The notes under the pieces: generated by a model
The model's input: only the letters and a program-made list of their open reading frames with translations
Database searches by the model: none
What the model was told of the DNA's origin: nothing
Translations under genes and position numbers: made by a program
Part shown: positions 9,261 through 20,042 of the stretch, in pieces
How positions within the stretch are numbered: the stretch's first letter is position 1
Layout: each line of letters begins with the position of its first letter
Source of the DNA: a virus
Lineage: Duplodnaviria > Caudoviricetes
Strand: one strand, 5' to 3'
Virus record (IMG/VR): IMGVR_UViG_3300031555_001562
DNA length: 64,000 bases

Positions 9261-12200
9261 TTAAAGGTTATCGATTTTCATGTATTTCGTTAGCCACAGC
9301 TCGTCAACACCGGGAACCGGCTCGTAGTCACCGCTCTCAGTTCTTCTTAGCTTTGGCTTTTTGGTTTGAGAATAGATTCTAACAAGGTCTCCCTCAGCCA
9401 ATCTATTCTTACTGAAGGTGCGCTTATCCACCTTGCATTCAACAATTGTACCGTTTTTCAGAGAATGCAGTTTCAGCTTTGGAGCATACTTCGTATCCAC
9501 TGCCAATACAGCTGCCATGCCAGCATATTGCTTCTCGGCAATATCAACATATCCAAGATTCTCGACTTGTGCAGCGATTCTTTCTTTCAGAGTTCTTGGA
9601 TGATATCTCAGTCCATTTGCGATTGAGATCAGCATTTCTCTCATGTTCATTTTGAACATCTTCTCTGTCTCGGTGAATGCGAACGGTCTCACATCTTCTT
9701 CTGTAAGGCCAACCTTTGCCAGACTGTCCTTTTTCAGCTGTACCTTATCTCCAAGAGTGTCATACAGCTCATACTGCCGGAGCAGTAGATTTGCGTCGCC
9801 AAATTCAGAGAAGAAGTCAAGATCGATCAGAATCTTCATCTGTCTGGAATTGATCTTTGTTTTCTCTTTCAGATCATAAACCAATTCCATAAATGACTTA
9901 TACTTGTTGTTTCTCAGAGCATAAATCTCATCAGCAACAGCTGCATTCATATTTTTGATAGACTGGATTCCTTTATAGATACTGTTATCTTCTCTGGAAA
10001 TTGAATAGTCGCTCTTTGAATACCGGAATTTGATAGATTTCAGTGAAATACCAAAGTACTTCAGCTCATTGGTCAACTTGAGCGTTCTTTCACTGTCACC
10101 AACATAATAGTTAAGTGCAACGGTGTAATACTCAAGAGGATAATGAGACTTCAGATATGCACCATACAAGCTGTCATATGCGTATGACAGGGAGTGCGAA
10201 GCATTAAAGGAATACTTTGCGGCCTGTTCAACGACAGTCCATGTCTCAATGAAACCATCTGGTCTTTTGACCTTATCTTCCCAGCCTTTCTGAAGTTTAC
10301 CTTTCAATTCAGCCAACTCAGCGTCTTTGAATTTCTTTTTTGCAATCTTCTTGATGATGTCGTATGATCCTGTTTCTGGGATTCCCAGCCAGATCAAATA
10401 CTTCATAATCAATTCCTGATAAATCATTCGATGGTTGCCTTCTACAAGCAACTCGTCAAGTTCTGTGACTCCGGTTGTATACGGCTTTCGGTTGATGAAG
10501 TCTTGCAACAAACTTGCACATCCTGGGCGGATGATTGCAACGAATGCGGACATTTCTGAAACACTCTTCGGTTGATATGTTTTAACAAGTCCGGTTGCAA
10601 AATCACTATCAGCCTGATTGATCGTACATGTCAGACCGTTTTTGTAGATATCGAATGTCTTTTCATCAAATAGACCATCGATCTCTCTAATTGTTGGAAT
10701 TGGAATTCCTGCAAGATTACAAACATCTCGGATGATTGCCCAGACCGTAACAGTCAGATAGTCATTCTTCAGATATTTGTACTTATCGCAGTTGTATCCA
10801 TCCAGAAGACAACACATCTTACCTTTACTGGTTCTGACAAGTCCAAGCTCTCTTCGAACCGGCTTGTCATACAGCAACATGGAACAAGGAGACTCTGAAA
10901 CACTTTCAACAACACCGATAAAGCGTTTACTTTCTTCAATGATTGACTTCCATTTCTTATCTTCTCTGTAACTATCAAGATCTTTTGCAATATCGTCGTA
11001 CTCAGAGATATGCTTGCCTATACCTTTGCAATACAGGCGGAATGCAGAAGCGTCTTGCAGTGGTTTCCATGCGACCATCCATGCGCAGTTTTCTTTGCCA
11101 AGTAGGTCTTCCGTGGCCTTGATAAAAGGTTCTCTCGCAGTTGTGTTCAGATCGATATCAGGTAGAGATCTTGCGCCAAGAATTCTCTCAACAGACATAA
11201 ATCTGGTTGGGAACAGTGTGATTGGTGCGGCAATTCTGTCAATATCCGTTAGGCCAAGCATCTTAGTGACATAGAAACTTGGCGCAGATCCTCTGCCAGT
11301 ATTTGTGAGTCTGCCGTCATACTTCTCCTGACCATCCTTAGTAACCTTGTAATCGATCAAGAAGTAGTTCTCCATATGAGTCTTCTCGATGATATCTACT
11401 TCATACCGGATAGCATCTAGGTATTCTTGATGGCGTTCTTTGGGAATGTTCTTGCGCTCAACTAACCACTGGGAGTTGATGATATTTCTCAGCTCTTGCT
11501 GCGGATTATCAGACACGGACGGTAGCTTAATGTCATCATTGATAACAGTAATCTCTTCGCATTCATCGAAGATCAGGGTACTTTCAAGTGCTTGTTGCAC
11601 CTGGGCGCTTGTCAGAATGCCCTGTTTTTTGTATCTCCTAAAAATCTCATCTGAGTCCGGATAATCAAGTAGCATTTCACCTTCATCTTCGTAGAACATG
11701 CCCTTTCCTCTGAGGAAAATGTCTCTGTACTGGGCATCTCCTGGATAGATGTAGTGGCTATCATTTGCATGGATAATTGGAATTCCTGCATCTTCACTGA
11801 ACTGAAGTAACTGCCGATTCACTTCCTTTTGTATATCTATATTGTGATCCTGAACTTCAAGGAAAAAGTTACCTCTGAAGCGGTTATTCAGTGCAAGCAT
11901 AAGCTCTGGGTTGTTCCAAATACCAGCGACGCATGCTGTTGTGATGACAAAATTGCCGGGAGTCAGCGACATCAATGACTTCTTATCAATTCGTGGCTTA
12001 TAGTAGAAGCCATTTTCATGAGCCTCCGTCATGATGTCATTCAGCTGCATGACACCCTCATTGTTCTTTGCGATGATTACAAGGTGTCGATTTGATCTGT
12101 CTTTTTCTTGGATATCGTCAACGTAATATGCCTCTGCGCCGTAGCACATCTTCAGGCCGTATTTCTTTGACACATCCATCCAATCGAAGATATTTCCGGT

Positions 12201-12338
12201 AACACCATGATTAGTCGTAAAGACTGTGGTGTGTCCAAGTTCGATTGCACGCTTGCAATATTCTTCTGGTTTTACAATAACGTCAGTAGTCCAAGGGTTT
12301 CCCCAATGATCGTGTTTATGGTAGTTGTGGTAAATCAT
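9261..12338 (-). CDS. dnaE: DNA polymerase III alpha subunit
   Basis: PHP domain (HKHDH, TNHG, NDSHY), GRGSA, LPDID, YSFNASHS; likely start MIYHN. Confidence 0.95.
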   Translation of the reverse strand: MIYHNYHKHDHWGNPWTTDVIVKPEEYCKRAIELGHTTVFTTNHGVTGNIFDWMDVSKKYGLKMCYGAEAYYVDDIQEKDRSNRHLVIIAKNNEGVMQLNDIMTEAHENGFYYKPRIDKKSLMSLTPGNFVITTACVAGIWNNPELMLALNNRFRGNFFLEVQDHNIDIQKEVNRQLLQFSEDAGIPIIHANDSHYIYPGDAQYRDIFLRGKGMFYEDEGEMLLDYPDSDEIFRRYKKQGILTSAQVQQALESTLIFDECEEITVINDDIKLPSVSDNPQQELRNIINSQWLVERKNIPKERHQEYLDAIRYEVDIIEKTHMENYFLIDYKVTKDGQEKYDGRLTNTGRGSAPSFYVTKMLGLTDIDRIAAPITLFPTRFMSVERILGARSLPDIDLNTTAREPFIKATEDLLGKENCAWMVAWKPLQDASAFRLYCKGIGKHISEYDDIAKDLDSYREDKKWKSIIEESKRFIGVVESVSESPCSMLLYDKPVRRELGLVRTSKGKMCCLLDGYNCDKYKYLKNDYLTVTVWAIIRDVCNLAGIPIPTIREIDGLFDEKTFDIYKNGLTCTINQADSDFATGLVKTYQPKSVSEMSAFVAIIRPGCASLLQDFINRKPYTTGVTELDELLVEGNHRMIYQELIMKYLIWLGIPETGSYDIIKKIAKKKFKDAELAELKGKLQKGWEDKVKRPDGFIETWTVVEQAAKYSFNASHSLSYAYDSLYGAYLKSHYPLEYYTVALNYYVGDSERTLKLTNELKYFGISLKSIKFRYSKSDYSISREDNSIYKGIQSIKNMNAAVADEIYALRNNKYKSFMELVYDLKEKTKINSRQMKILIDLDFFSEFGDANLLLRQYELYDTLGDKVQLKKDSLAKVGLTEEDVRPFAFTETEKMFKMNMREMLISIANGLRYHPRTLKERIAAQVENLGYVDIAEKQYAGMAAVLAVDTKYAPKLKLHSLKNGTIVECKVDKRTFSKNRLAEGDLVRIYSQTKKPKLRRTESGDYEPVPGVDELWLTKYMKIDNL

Positions 12339-12346
12339 AGGCAAGA

Positions 12347-13153
12347 TCACTTCCAATCTGCCGTCGCACAATACTCACAACTAGCTCTAAAATTGCAAAG
12401 ATTCTTACAGAAGAAATAATCAAGAGTAGGATCGAAACTTTCTTCAGACTCAATAATGTGGATTGTATCTTCAAGCCATTTCATCGTATCGTCATATTCG
12501 CTCTTCTTGAACGGAATGGTGGCAAATCTGCCCATATCCTTGAAGTGGTTCCATGTAATTTCTTTTGGGAACTCTCCATATTTCTGATAGATGGCATAGC
12601 AGTAAATGTACATTTGCTTCTTGTAGTGATTAAAACTCTTCTCTGAGTTTTTCTTCACTTCTCCGTTCTTCTTGAACGGATATGGTGCGCTCTTATGATC
12701 CAGAACGACTATTCTGCCGTCTTTCTTGTCTCTTAGCAGCAGATCAATATAGCAGACGAATTTGTATCCATTGATCTCAAATTCGATTTCTTGCTCTACT
12801 CCAAGAACCTCATAGTTATCAATCCAGGAGAAGTCTCCACTTCCCAGATAATCGGCGCACAACTCGTATGTTTTCTCCCTTGTCGATGGTTTGACTTCGT
12901 AGAAAACATTCTCGTCAAAATTCTCTATGTAGTATTGCAATGCATCAACCGGACTCATAGATCCGCTGAAGATCATTGCCAGAATTTCGTGCATGAATGA
13001 TCCTGTTTCTGCATAGAAATTACCTTCAGACAAATACTCTTCGTCATTGTTGATGATATAGTTCAAGTAGAAACCATATTTGCACGTGTCAAAATTGCTT
13101 AGTCTTGAGTAAGACCATCGCATTTTGTCAATTTGCTCTTTATATTCGCTCAA
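12347..13153 (-). CDS. PD-(D/E)XK nuclease (AddB/RecB-like)
   Basis: WSYSRL, G.FMHE, YIDLL, VLDHKS, Q..IY, C-terminal C...C.F...C. Confidence 0.85.
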   Translation of the reverse strand: MSEYKEQIDKMRWSYSRLSNFDTCKYGFYLNYIINNDEEYLSEGNFYAETGSFMHEILAMIFSGSMSPVDALQYYIENFDENVFYEVKPSTREKTYELCADYLGSGDFSWIDNYEVLGVEQEIEFEINGYKFVCYIDLLLRDKKDGRIVVLDHKSAPYPFKKNGEVKKNSEKSFNHYKKQMYIYCYAIYQKYGEFPKEITWNHFKDMGRFATIPFKKSEYDDTMKWLEDTIHIIESEESFDPTLDYFFCKNLCNFRASCEYCATADWK

Positions 13154-13173
13154 ATAAATCCTCCCTATTCACC

Positions 13174-14184
13174 CTATACCACCTTTCTTTTCTGGCTGTA
13201 TAATGTCTCCCAAATCTCTTCTCCGCAGTCTACCGGGGCATTCTTTGTCTCTTTGCCGCCCAAAAGCTTCTTTCTATCTTCTATGACAAAAACATTAGTA
13301 ACTCGCTTGAGCTTATCAATGTCTTGCCGGACATCACTACTCCTGTAATCAACATCGCAATCATATGCGAACACGATATTTACCCTGAGCTTAACCAAAA
13401 GATCAATCTGTTCTTTTGTGAGCGTGTGTTTTTCGGCTGAAGCACAGTTTTTATAGCCCCAACCATAGGCTTTCATAACGGACTTTACTGACTCAAAAAT
13501 GATGATCTCATTTGCATCCAGAACATATTTCAGAGTCGTGTTCAATCCCTGAAAGTAATCCATAACTCCAACCTGGAAGTAATTGATATACTTCGGGATC
13601 TTCATCTGTTTGTAATTCTTATATCTTGTTCTTGCTTTGATATTGATTAGATTGCCGCAAATGTCATATACGGGATAAATAATTCTGTTCTGCCATGTAT
13701 CAACTCGGACACCGAATAAGTCCATAACGTCTTGTTCAATGCCTTCGTCTAACCACTCTTTGACTGGTTCAATTTGATACTTATCAAGCTCAGAATCATC
13801 TAGTATGCGATGTTCATATGCGCTCTTTGGTTTCATAGCCAGCGCACGCAGCTTCTTTAGAAACGTGATGGTTTTTGAGTGGCACATTTTGCTAAGATCT
13901 AAGTTTGCAAGCTTTGCGGCCTTTTCAACCGCATCCTCAAACTTCATTTTCTCAAAATCGATCAGATAACCGATTATGCCGCCAGACTTACCACAGGAAA
14001 AGCAGTAGTATGAGTTCTTAGCCGGAGTAAAAGAAAGCGATGGAGTCAGATCGGTATGTAGTGGACAGTGTGCCCAATAGTCATTTCCTTTTTTCTCCAA
14101 CTCCATCGTTTGGCTAACGTAGCCAAATAAGTCGGCATTCTCGTTGATTTGCTGTAACATTTCGTCATCGTAATTGGTATTCAA
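13174..14184 (-). CDS. dnaG: DNA primase
   Basis: CPLH.D.TPS..YYCFSC CHC2 zinc finger; TOPRIM-like IIFES...FAYDCD. Confidence 0.85.
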   Translation of the reverse strand: MNTNYDDEMLQQINENADLFGYVSQTMELEKKGNDYWAHCPLHTDLTPSLSFTPAKNSYYCFSCGKSGGIIGYLIDFEKMKFEDAVEKAAKLANLDLSKMCHSKTITFLKKLRALAMKPKSAYEHRILDDSELDKYQIEPVKEWLDEGIEQDVMDLFGVRVDTWQNRIIYPVYDICGNLINIKARTRYKNYKQMKIPKYINYFQVGVMDYFQGLNTTLKYVLDANEIIIFESVKSVMKAYGWGYKNCASAEKHTLTKEQIDLLVKLRVNIVFAYDCDVDYRSSDVRQDIDKLKRVTNVFVIEDRKKLLGGKETKNAPVDCGEEIWETLYSQKRKVV

Positions 14185-14206
14185 CGATTTTGCCTCCTTT
14201 GCTTAA

Positions 14207-15550
14207 TTAAAAGTCGCTTCTGCGCTCGTGCGGCTGCGCTTCCACAATACTCATTCGATCACCGTCGAACACAAAGTCGATGTAATCACTATCGTCATCT
14301 TCCTGCATCTGCTTTCCTAGTCGGTTGACGTAGATTTTCGCAAATGCATTTCCGCACTGGATTCCATCTCGTGCAATCATTTCTTGAGTCTTATATTCCC
14401 ACTTGATGCCAACGGAGAGGTATCTGTTGATTTTGATACTGTCGGCAACTTCACCGTTTCTGTTAAGCTGGCATGCAGCCAAAACAGCTAGATCAAGCTC
14501 TCCGGCAATATTGTTCTTCAGGAAGTCACACTTTGCGCCCAGAACGTTGTAGTTGTCGCTCGTTGAAGTTTCATTACTCTTTAGATAATCGAACACAACA
14601 AAGACAAGACCCATCTTTCTTTGAAGCATCTTACAAACTGAATACAGCTTTTCGTTTGTAATGTTTGGATCGTAGATATGGACAAATGACTGTTCCTTCA
14701 GCCAAGCAATCCAATATTTGATCTTTTCAGCCTCTTCATCTGAGTAGTTGCCGTTCTTAATGCGCTTCATTTCAATTCCTGTTAGGTGAGAAATCAGGCG
14801 CTCGGTATATAGTCTGGTTGGCATCTCGCTGTCAACAACCAGAGTTGGGACACCATTCTTTAGCTTATGTACAACCTCATTCATCAGAAAAACAGACTTA
14901 CCTTGCTTGTACTTGGCCTGAATAACGACCAATTCGCCAGGTTCATAAGTGTAGTAATCGATGAAAGAGCTGTACTTTGATGGAATACCATACATGCCAT
15001 CTGAAGTTCTACGGTTTACAATTTCACCCCAAATGTCATCAATGTCATTGCCTAAAGTATGAATCTCATTGGATGTGATATACTTTTGGGTCAATGCATC
15101 CAATTCGCTGTAGACATTGTTGTTCAACTTTTCAAGGTCAAACTCAGGATTGAAACAGTTTGCGGACAACTGGTTTAATGTCTTTACGAGATCTCGCTTG
15201 AATGCCAGAGTAACAACATTATCTGCAAGCATCTTGTACTCTTCGATAGTGTGCCGTGCTGTCTCTTTGTACAGCTCCATAAACTCTTGAACAGATGGAA
15301 GATTGTACTTGTCAATCGTTCTCTGTACACCGTTGTGGCTCTGGATTTTGCTTGAAATGTTGTATGCATCAATATTGGTGATTCCACTCTTGTACAGATC
15401 TTGGATCGCCCAGTAGATACAACCATTCTCTACTCCATAGAAGTATCCAGGGAGCAGATAATCAGTGTGCAAAATGAACTCAGGATGGTAGATCAGAGTG
15501 CCGATAATACCGCTTTCTGACTGAATATCTGAAAGTTCTGCAATATCCAT
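14207..15550 (-). CDS. dnaB: Replicative helicase, DnaB-like
   Basis: AKYKQGKS Walker A, DSEM, FDYLK, QLNR. Confidence 0.9.
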   Translation of the reverse strand: MDIAELSDIQSESGIIGTLIYHPEFILHTDYLLPGYFYGVENGCIYWAIQDLYKSGITNIDAYNISSKIQSHNGVQRTIDKYNLPSVQEFMELYKETARHTIEEYKMLADNVVTLAFKRDLVKTLNQLSANCFNPEFDLEKLNNNVYSELDALTQKYITSNEIHTLGNDIDDIWGEIVNRRTSDGMYGIPSKYSSFIDYYTYEPGELVVIQAKYKQGKSVFLMNEVVHKLKNGVPTLVVDSEMPTRLYTERLISHLTGIEMKRIKNGNYSDEEAEKIKYWIAWLKEQSFVHIYDPNITNEKLYSVCKMLQRKMGLVFVVFDYLKSNETSTSDNYNVLGAKCDFLKNNIAGELDLAVLAACQLNRNGEVADSIKINRYLSVGIKWEYKTQEMIARDGIQCGNAFAKIYVNRLGKQMQEDDDSDYIDFVFDGDRMSIVEAQPHERRSDF

Positions 15551-15561
15551 TTTCGCCCTCC

Positions 15562-16044
15562 TTATCTCTTTCCGCCCAGAATGCTATTGAATCCGCTGGG
15601 TTTCTTGTTGATGGAGAACTTAGGCGCAGTATCTTCAGCCTCTTTAACTGTAAAATCTGCCGTCTCAACCACTTTCTTGACCTTGGCTTTTTCGTATGCA
15701 GTTTTGATTTCTGGATAATCAAGGTAATACCGAAACCCAGACGGATAACTCAAATTCTTCTTGTGATCGATCACATACTGAAGTGTAAACAGCATGTAAT
15801 CAGAGGAAACGCCGTTTGAGATTAACTGGGAGAGCATCTTATTGAGCTGAGAATGCACAACGGTTGCGCTGATCTTCTGTACCCAAATATTTCGGAATAG
15901 CTGCAAATCCGACTTCTCCTGATGGCAGTCCTTGTGGAAGTAGTTATTGCCTTCCTTGACAAATTCATCTGAATTAATGTCAATAGATCCATCGTGTTTA
16001 CACTTGCTATACTTGCACTTCTTAATACCAGTATCTCTAGCCAT
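15562..16044 (-). CDS. Hypothetical replication-associated protein
   Basis: CxxxxC..HxxC N-terminus; directly upstream of dnaB. Confidence 0.65.
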   Translation of the reverse strand: MARDTGIKKCKYSKCKHDGSIDINSDEFVKEGNNYFHKDCHQEKSDLQLFRNIWVQKISATVVHSQLNKMLSQLISNGVSSDYMLFTLQYVIDHKKNLSYPSGFRYYLDYPEIKTAYEKAKVKKVVETADFTVKEAEDTAPKFSINKKPSGFNSILGGKR

Positions 16045-16047
16045 GCT

Positions 16048-16674
16048 TCATTCCTCTTCTTCCAATAGGTATGTGGCCTCCATATCGGCCTGATGAACAG
16101 CTAGAATAACCGGGTACTTCTTGATCGCAGTAGTCAGCGTGTTCCAATATTCTTTAGGCTCAGTAAAGCCCATGTGCCATCTGATTGCATAGCGCTCGAT
16201 AGGCTTCAGCTTGATGAATTCCTCGATCATCATCACGGACTTTTCGCCATGACCATAAGGAATCTTGTCATCGGTGCTGTAACCCTTGACGGCTTGCCAA
16301 TCGAATCTGCCGCCCTCGTCTTTCTTAGTGCCAGTGTCGCTGTACACCTTTTTGTTTTTGAACTCAGGAACGTACAGATATGACTTGCACAGATCGTGCA
16401 GTAGAGCAATCAGAATCAGGCTTTCATCATCGACTTCTCTCAGAACCTCTGCCCAAATGGGATTCTGCTTCTTGCTCAGAAGACATTCATAAAGGTTCAT
16501 AGAGTGTTCCAGCAGACCACCATCGTGGCATGAATGGAATCTGGTGCTGGCTGGCGCACGGTAGAAGTCAGACTTCCGGATGTACGCCAGCAGCTTATCA
16601 ATTCCGTCACGTTTCACGCTGGTCAGCAACTGCTCAAACTTTTCAATCAGCTCTTGAATGTTCAGTTCTGCCAT
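16048..16674 (-). CDS. HD-domain hydrolase
   Basis: APASTRFH, GGLLEHS, ALLHDLCK, GHGEKS, AIRWHMG. Confidence 0.9.
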   Translation of the reverse strand: MAELNIQELIEKFEQLLTSVKRDGIDKLLAYIRKSDFYRAPASTRFHSCHDGGLLEHSMNLYECLLSKKQNPIWAEVLREVDDESLILIALLHDLCKSYLYVPEFKNKKVYSDTGTKKDEGGRFDWQAVKGYSTDDKIPYGHGEKSVMMIEEFIKLKPIERYAIRWHMGFTEPKEYWNTLTTAIKKYPVILAVHQADMEATYLLEEEE

Positions 16675-16689
16675 TGTGTTGCCCTCCGA

Positions 16690-17109
16690 TTAGAAGGGCA
16701 GCTGAACATCATCGTCATCCAGCATTGCCACGTCGGATGCAGGAGCTTTCTTCTTACCCTTGGCAGGAGCAGGAGTTGCGGCGGCGGAATTACCGCCATT
16801 ACCGTTGAAGCTTGCGTCTTCCAGGGCGAACACGGCACAGTTCCAGTAGGTAACTTTCTTGTCGCCGTCGTACTTGTTGGTGGTTGCGCAGTTGCCGATC
16901 TTCACGGATGCACCGTTCTTGGGAATCTCGCCCAGACCCTTGACGAACTCATAAGCTTGACCAACAGCACTGACGAACTTGTGCTGGAAGTCGGTCTCAT
17001 AAACGCCGGTGTCCTTGTTCTTTCTGGAGGTACTCAGGTTGATGATGCCGTAAGTACCCTTGTCGGTGAACTCCCAAATCTTTGCGAATGCGCCATTCTG
17101 AAATGCCAT
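16690..17109 (-). CDS. ssb: Single-stranded DNA-binding protein
   Basis: OB-like core with acidic DDDDVQLPF tail; next to recombinase. Confidence 0.8.
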   Translation of the reverse strand: MAFQNGAFAKIWEFTDKGTYGIINLSTSRKNKDTGVYETDFQHKFVSAVGQAYEFVKGLGEIPKNGASVKIGNCATTNKYDGDKKVTYWNCAVFALEDASFNGNGGNSAAATPAPAKGKKKAPASDVAMLDDDDVQLPF

Positions 17110-17122
17110 ATGTAATTACCTC

Positions 17123-17761
17123 TTACTTTCTAACAGCCAACAGCTGCTTCTTCAAATTGCCCAGGATATCGGAATCGTTGATGTTCTTGGGGTTGCCCAG
17201 AATCAGGTCTTCAGCCATATCGGGATTGGCCTGTCTCTCAGCAGCCTTGCACAGTTCCTGAACCTTGGCCTTTGCCTTTTCGGACAGAGAACACTTCTTA
17301 GTGACCAGCGCCATAACTTCGTCCAGCAGCTCGTTCACCTTGGAAGTCTCTTCGGGAAGATCTTCACCCTCGTAGATGTATAGACCCAGACCGTGCATAG
17401 CGATAGCCTTAACCAGACAACGCTTCATGGCCTTGTTTGCATCGACGGAAGTGATCTGATCGGCTGGCATAGACTTGTTCTTGAAGTCCATAATCGCCAG
17501 AACCTCAATGACCTCATTACCGTTGACGGTGACACCGACCTCAACCCAACCAGTCTTACCATCATCATGCCAGAACCGGGTGTTGCCGCCCTCGTCCATG
17601 ATCTGAGGATAAATCTTGAAACTTGCGTCGGGATCAACCTTCTTGACCTCTGCCCATGCGGAGATCCAAGACAGATACTTCAGGCCATTCTTGGTCTTGA
17701 CCTTGTTTGATACGTCTACTGCATTCAACGTATCGAAAACGCTCTTTACAGGTTCGTTCAT
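17123..17761 (-). CDS. Sak (Rad52-like) single-strand annealing protein
   Basis: LKYLSW..AW, NKA..RCLVKAIA.HGLGLYIYEGEDLP. Confidence 0.9.
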   Translation of the reverse strand: MNEPVKSVFDTLNAVDVSNKVKTKNGLKYLSWISAWAEVKKVDPDASFKIYPQIMDEGGNTRFWHDDGKTGWVEVGVTVNGNEVIEVLAIMDFKNKSMPADQITSVDANKAMKRCLVKAIAMHGLGLYIYEGEDLPEETSKVNELLDEVMALVTKKCSLSEKAKAKVQELCKAAERQANPDMAEDLILGNPKNINDSDILGNLKKQLLAVRK

Positions 17762-17848
17762 ATATGCGTCCTTTCGTACTTTGTTGCGTTGCCTATTCCG
17801 GTTAAAAAATAGACAACATCTATATCATCACTCTATAGAGTGTTATTG

Positions 17849-18262
17849 TTATTTGCATGAATCACCATTGGAGATTGACACTTCTGTATGTTTCCAATCA
17901 TCAGTGATCCATTTTTGAATAAGGCTTTCGGCCTTTTGCTTGTGTTGCTGTTTTGCTTCTCTGTCAGAAATGATTCTTGACACAATTGATTGTACGTATT
18001 TATCCATGTTATTCTTCCAGTTTTGATTCAAAGCCTTATCAAATAGTTCAGCTCTTGTTTCTATGCTGAGGCTATGCATAACGCAGATATAACTGTGATA
18101 AATACTTGGGCAACTTAATGCAGCAAAAGCATCCAGACTTTCTTGCCAACATGTCCAAGACCTGTCTCCATTTTTCCTGAATTTTATATACAAAATAGGA
18201 AAGTCACTAGAAAACATATTCAGCTTGCATTTGTATTCAATTTCGTAAATCAAAATTGACAC
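17849..18262 (-). CDS. Hypothetical protein
   Basis: 137-aa AT-rich ORF with GAGG RBS. Confidence 0.5.
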   Translation of the reverse strand: MSILIYEIEYKCKLNMFSSDFPILYIKFRKNGDRSWTCWQESLDAFAALSCPSIYHSYICVMHSLSIETRAELFDKALNQNWKNNMDKYVQSIVSRIISDREAKQQHKQKAESLIQKWITDDWKHTEVSISNGDSCK

Positions 18263-18265
18263 CTC

Positions 18266-19279
18266 TTAGTGTGCAGCTAAGTCTGCCGCATGGAGTTTCA
18301 TGATATCATCGAACATTTCCTGACCGATTGCCTTTACAGCCTTTCGTCTGGATTTCTCTGATTTGTCCCACGACATAAAAGGATGCATGTGGAAATAAAT
18401 CAGATTGGAAATGTAGATCGCATCTCCATCAGATACTCCCATAGCATCTGCATACAGCAGGAAGTCATATGCTCCAACACAGTGGTGCTGGTAGTAATGG
18501 CACTGACCATCCTCTACACCACGAGTATTGAATCTGGTTTTGGTGAAAACCTTACCGTTATCATGGAACAATGCTGCAAGCTGTAGCCGCTTATCATCCG
18601 GATACTTCTGTTTAATGAAGTCTTCAGCTGCTCTGCAATGTGCGCCAAGAGTCAGTCTATGATGACTATTCTCCTGGGACATGAGATCAATTCCATGAGC
18701 TTCATCAAACAGATATGTGTATGTATACTTCATACGGTTAACCTCATCACCGTAATTGTATACAAAACCAATTTCATCGAAGCCTTCAGCATAATCGGGC
18801 GGACACCAGTTCATGTACATGCGCTTAATCACATCGACAGGAACCTTGCGATCTCGGCCTGAATTGAATTCAACACATGTTTCAAACGGTGTTATAAAAA
18901 CAACACACTTTTTATAACAAGGAATGTTGCTCAACTCTGCCAGAAATGCAGTTCTTCTCTTCTTGTTTATGTTGGTTGCATCATAAATGACATTCTTGCC
19001 GTCAATCAGATCTGCCTTAATTCTACTGTGCAGAACCGCAAACAGATCTGTATTGTTGTCCTGGCAGTTTTCATCTCCATACAGCTCTTCACGAAGAGCA
19101 TCTGATGAGTGAATCACATAATTTTTCTGTGTTTTACTGTATGTACTCTTGCCAGAACCCGGCAAACCTACAAGAATTTCAATTATAGGCTTATCTGCTG
19201 ATAAAATTGGTTTTTTATCATCAAATTTGTCTTCGCAAGCATCGAAACTTTCGAAGGTTGCAATTTTCAGTTCTTCCAT
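18266..19279 (-). CDS. Polynucleotide kinase (P-loop) + HD domain, RNA end-healing type
   Basis: GLPGSGKST, SSD..R, DATN...RR; C-terminal HH..TL..H, HDNGK, QHH.VGAY. Confidence 0.85.
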   Translation of the reverse strand: MEELKIATFESFDACEDKFDDKKPILSADKPIIEILVGLPGSGKSTYSKTQKNYVIHSSDALREELYGDENCQDNNTDLFAVLHSRIKADLIDGKNVIYDATNINKKRRTAFLAELSNIPCYKKCVVFITPFETCVEFNSGRDRKVPVDVIKRMYMNWCPPDYAEGFDEIGFVYNYGDEVNRMKYTYTYLFDEAHGIDLMSQENSHHRLTLGAHCRAAEDFIKQKYPDDKRLQLAALFHDNGKVFTKTRFNTRGVEDGQCHYYQHHCVGAYDFLLYADAMGVSDGDAIYISNLIYFHMHPFMSWDKSEKSRRKAVKAIGQEMFDDIMKLHAADLAAH

Positions 19280-19282
19280 ATT

Positions 19283-19762
19283 TCAAGCCTTACCGTGAAT
19301 TGCATCGTTTTTCTTGAGAAGATTATTCAAAACATTGCTTGCAATCTTCATATCGACGTTTTGCTTCTTCAGCACGGGCATAACCAGCTTCATGATCCAG
19401 TTTTTCTGTCCGCTCGTGGCGATCATACCATTGCATGCACAGATGTAGTTAATCATCTTCTCAATTTCGGACTCGTCAGTGATGAGCTGCGGAGCGTATT
19501 CTTTAACAATAGACAATTGCTTCTGATACTCCTCCAGCTTGTCTGTACGATCCGGGGGACAATCATTTACCATTTCCTGAAGATTCTTCTGTTGTTTCTT
19601 CAGAACCTCGTTCACCAGATCTTCAGTAATGTTGTCCTTACATTTCTTGTCGATGGCTGCATTCAGAACAGCTTCGACCATACTGGACAGGACTTGCTTG
19701 CGGAACTTATCTCCGCTCTTCAAGGCCATGACCATATCATTTCTCAGTTTCTCAATCGTCAT
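19283..19762 (-). CDS. GatB/YqeY domain protein
   Basis: L..DM..ALKSGDK.R..VL, Y.PQL pattern. Confidence 0.75.
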   Translation of the reverse strand: MTIEKLRNDMVMALKSGDKFRKQVLSSMVEAVLNAAIDKKCKDNITEDLVNEVLKKQQKNLQEMVNDCPPDRTDKLEEYQKQLSIVKEYAPQLITDESEIEKMINYICACNGMIATSGQKNWIMKLVMPVLKKQNVDMKIASNVLNNLLKKNDAIHGKA

Positions 19763-20042
19763 TTTCTATTTCCTCTATTCCAAGTTCTTCCATGAAATAA
19801 CGAATTAATTGAAATGACCCAGCACGCAGAGAATAAAGATGATCCTTTGCAAGATCAGTTCCGGTATATTTGTCATACCACTTGTCTTCGTTTTTCTTCA
19901 CAAAATCATAGATCTTGCTAAGTTTCTCAACAAGTTTCTTTTTATCTGCAACTGCTTTTGCAAATTCGCATGTGGTATCGCATTCTTCGTTATAGTTCTT
20001 TCCAGACCTGAGATAGCAATGCTCATAGCATGGGTTAAACAT
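19752..20042 (-). CDS. Hypothetical protein
   Basis: Likely start MFNPC; Cys-rich N-terminus. Confidence 0.5.
   Translation of the reverse strand: MFNPCYEHCYLRSGKNYNEECDTTCEFAKAVADKKKLVEKLSKIYDFVKKNEDKWYDKYTGTDLAKDHLYSLRAGSFQLIRYFMEELGIEEIENDD

Noticed and set aside
12347-13153. Cas4 call for the PD-(D/E)XK nuclease
   Set aside because: It sits in the replication operon with no CRISPR context; an ordinary phage recombination nuclease is the simpler reading.
1909-15550. Introns or inteins in nrdD, dnaE, dnaB
   Set aside because: ORFs are continuous, of ordinary length, and show no intein or homing-endonuclease motifs.
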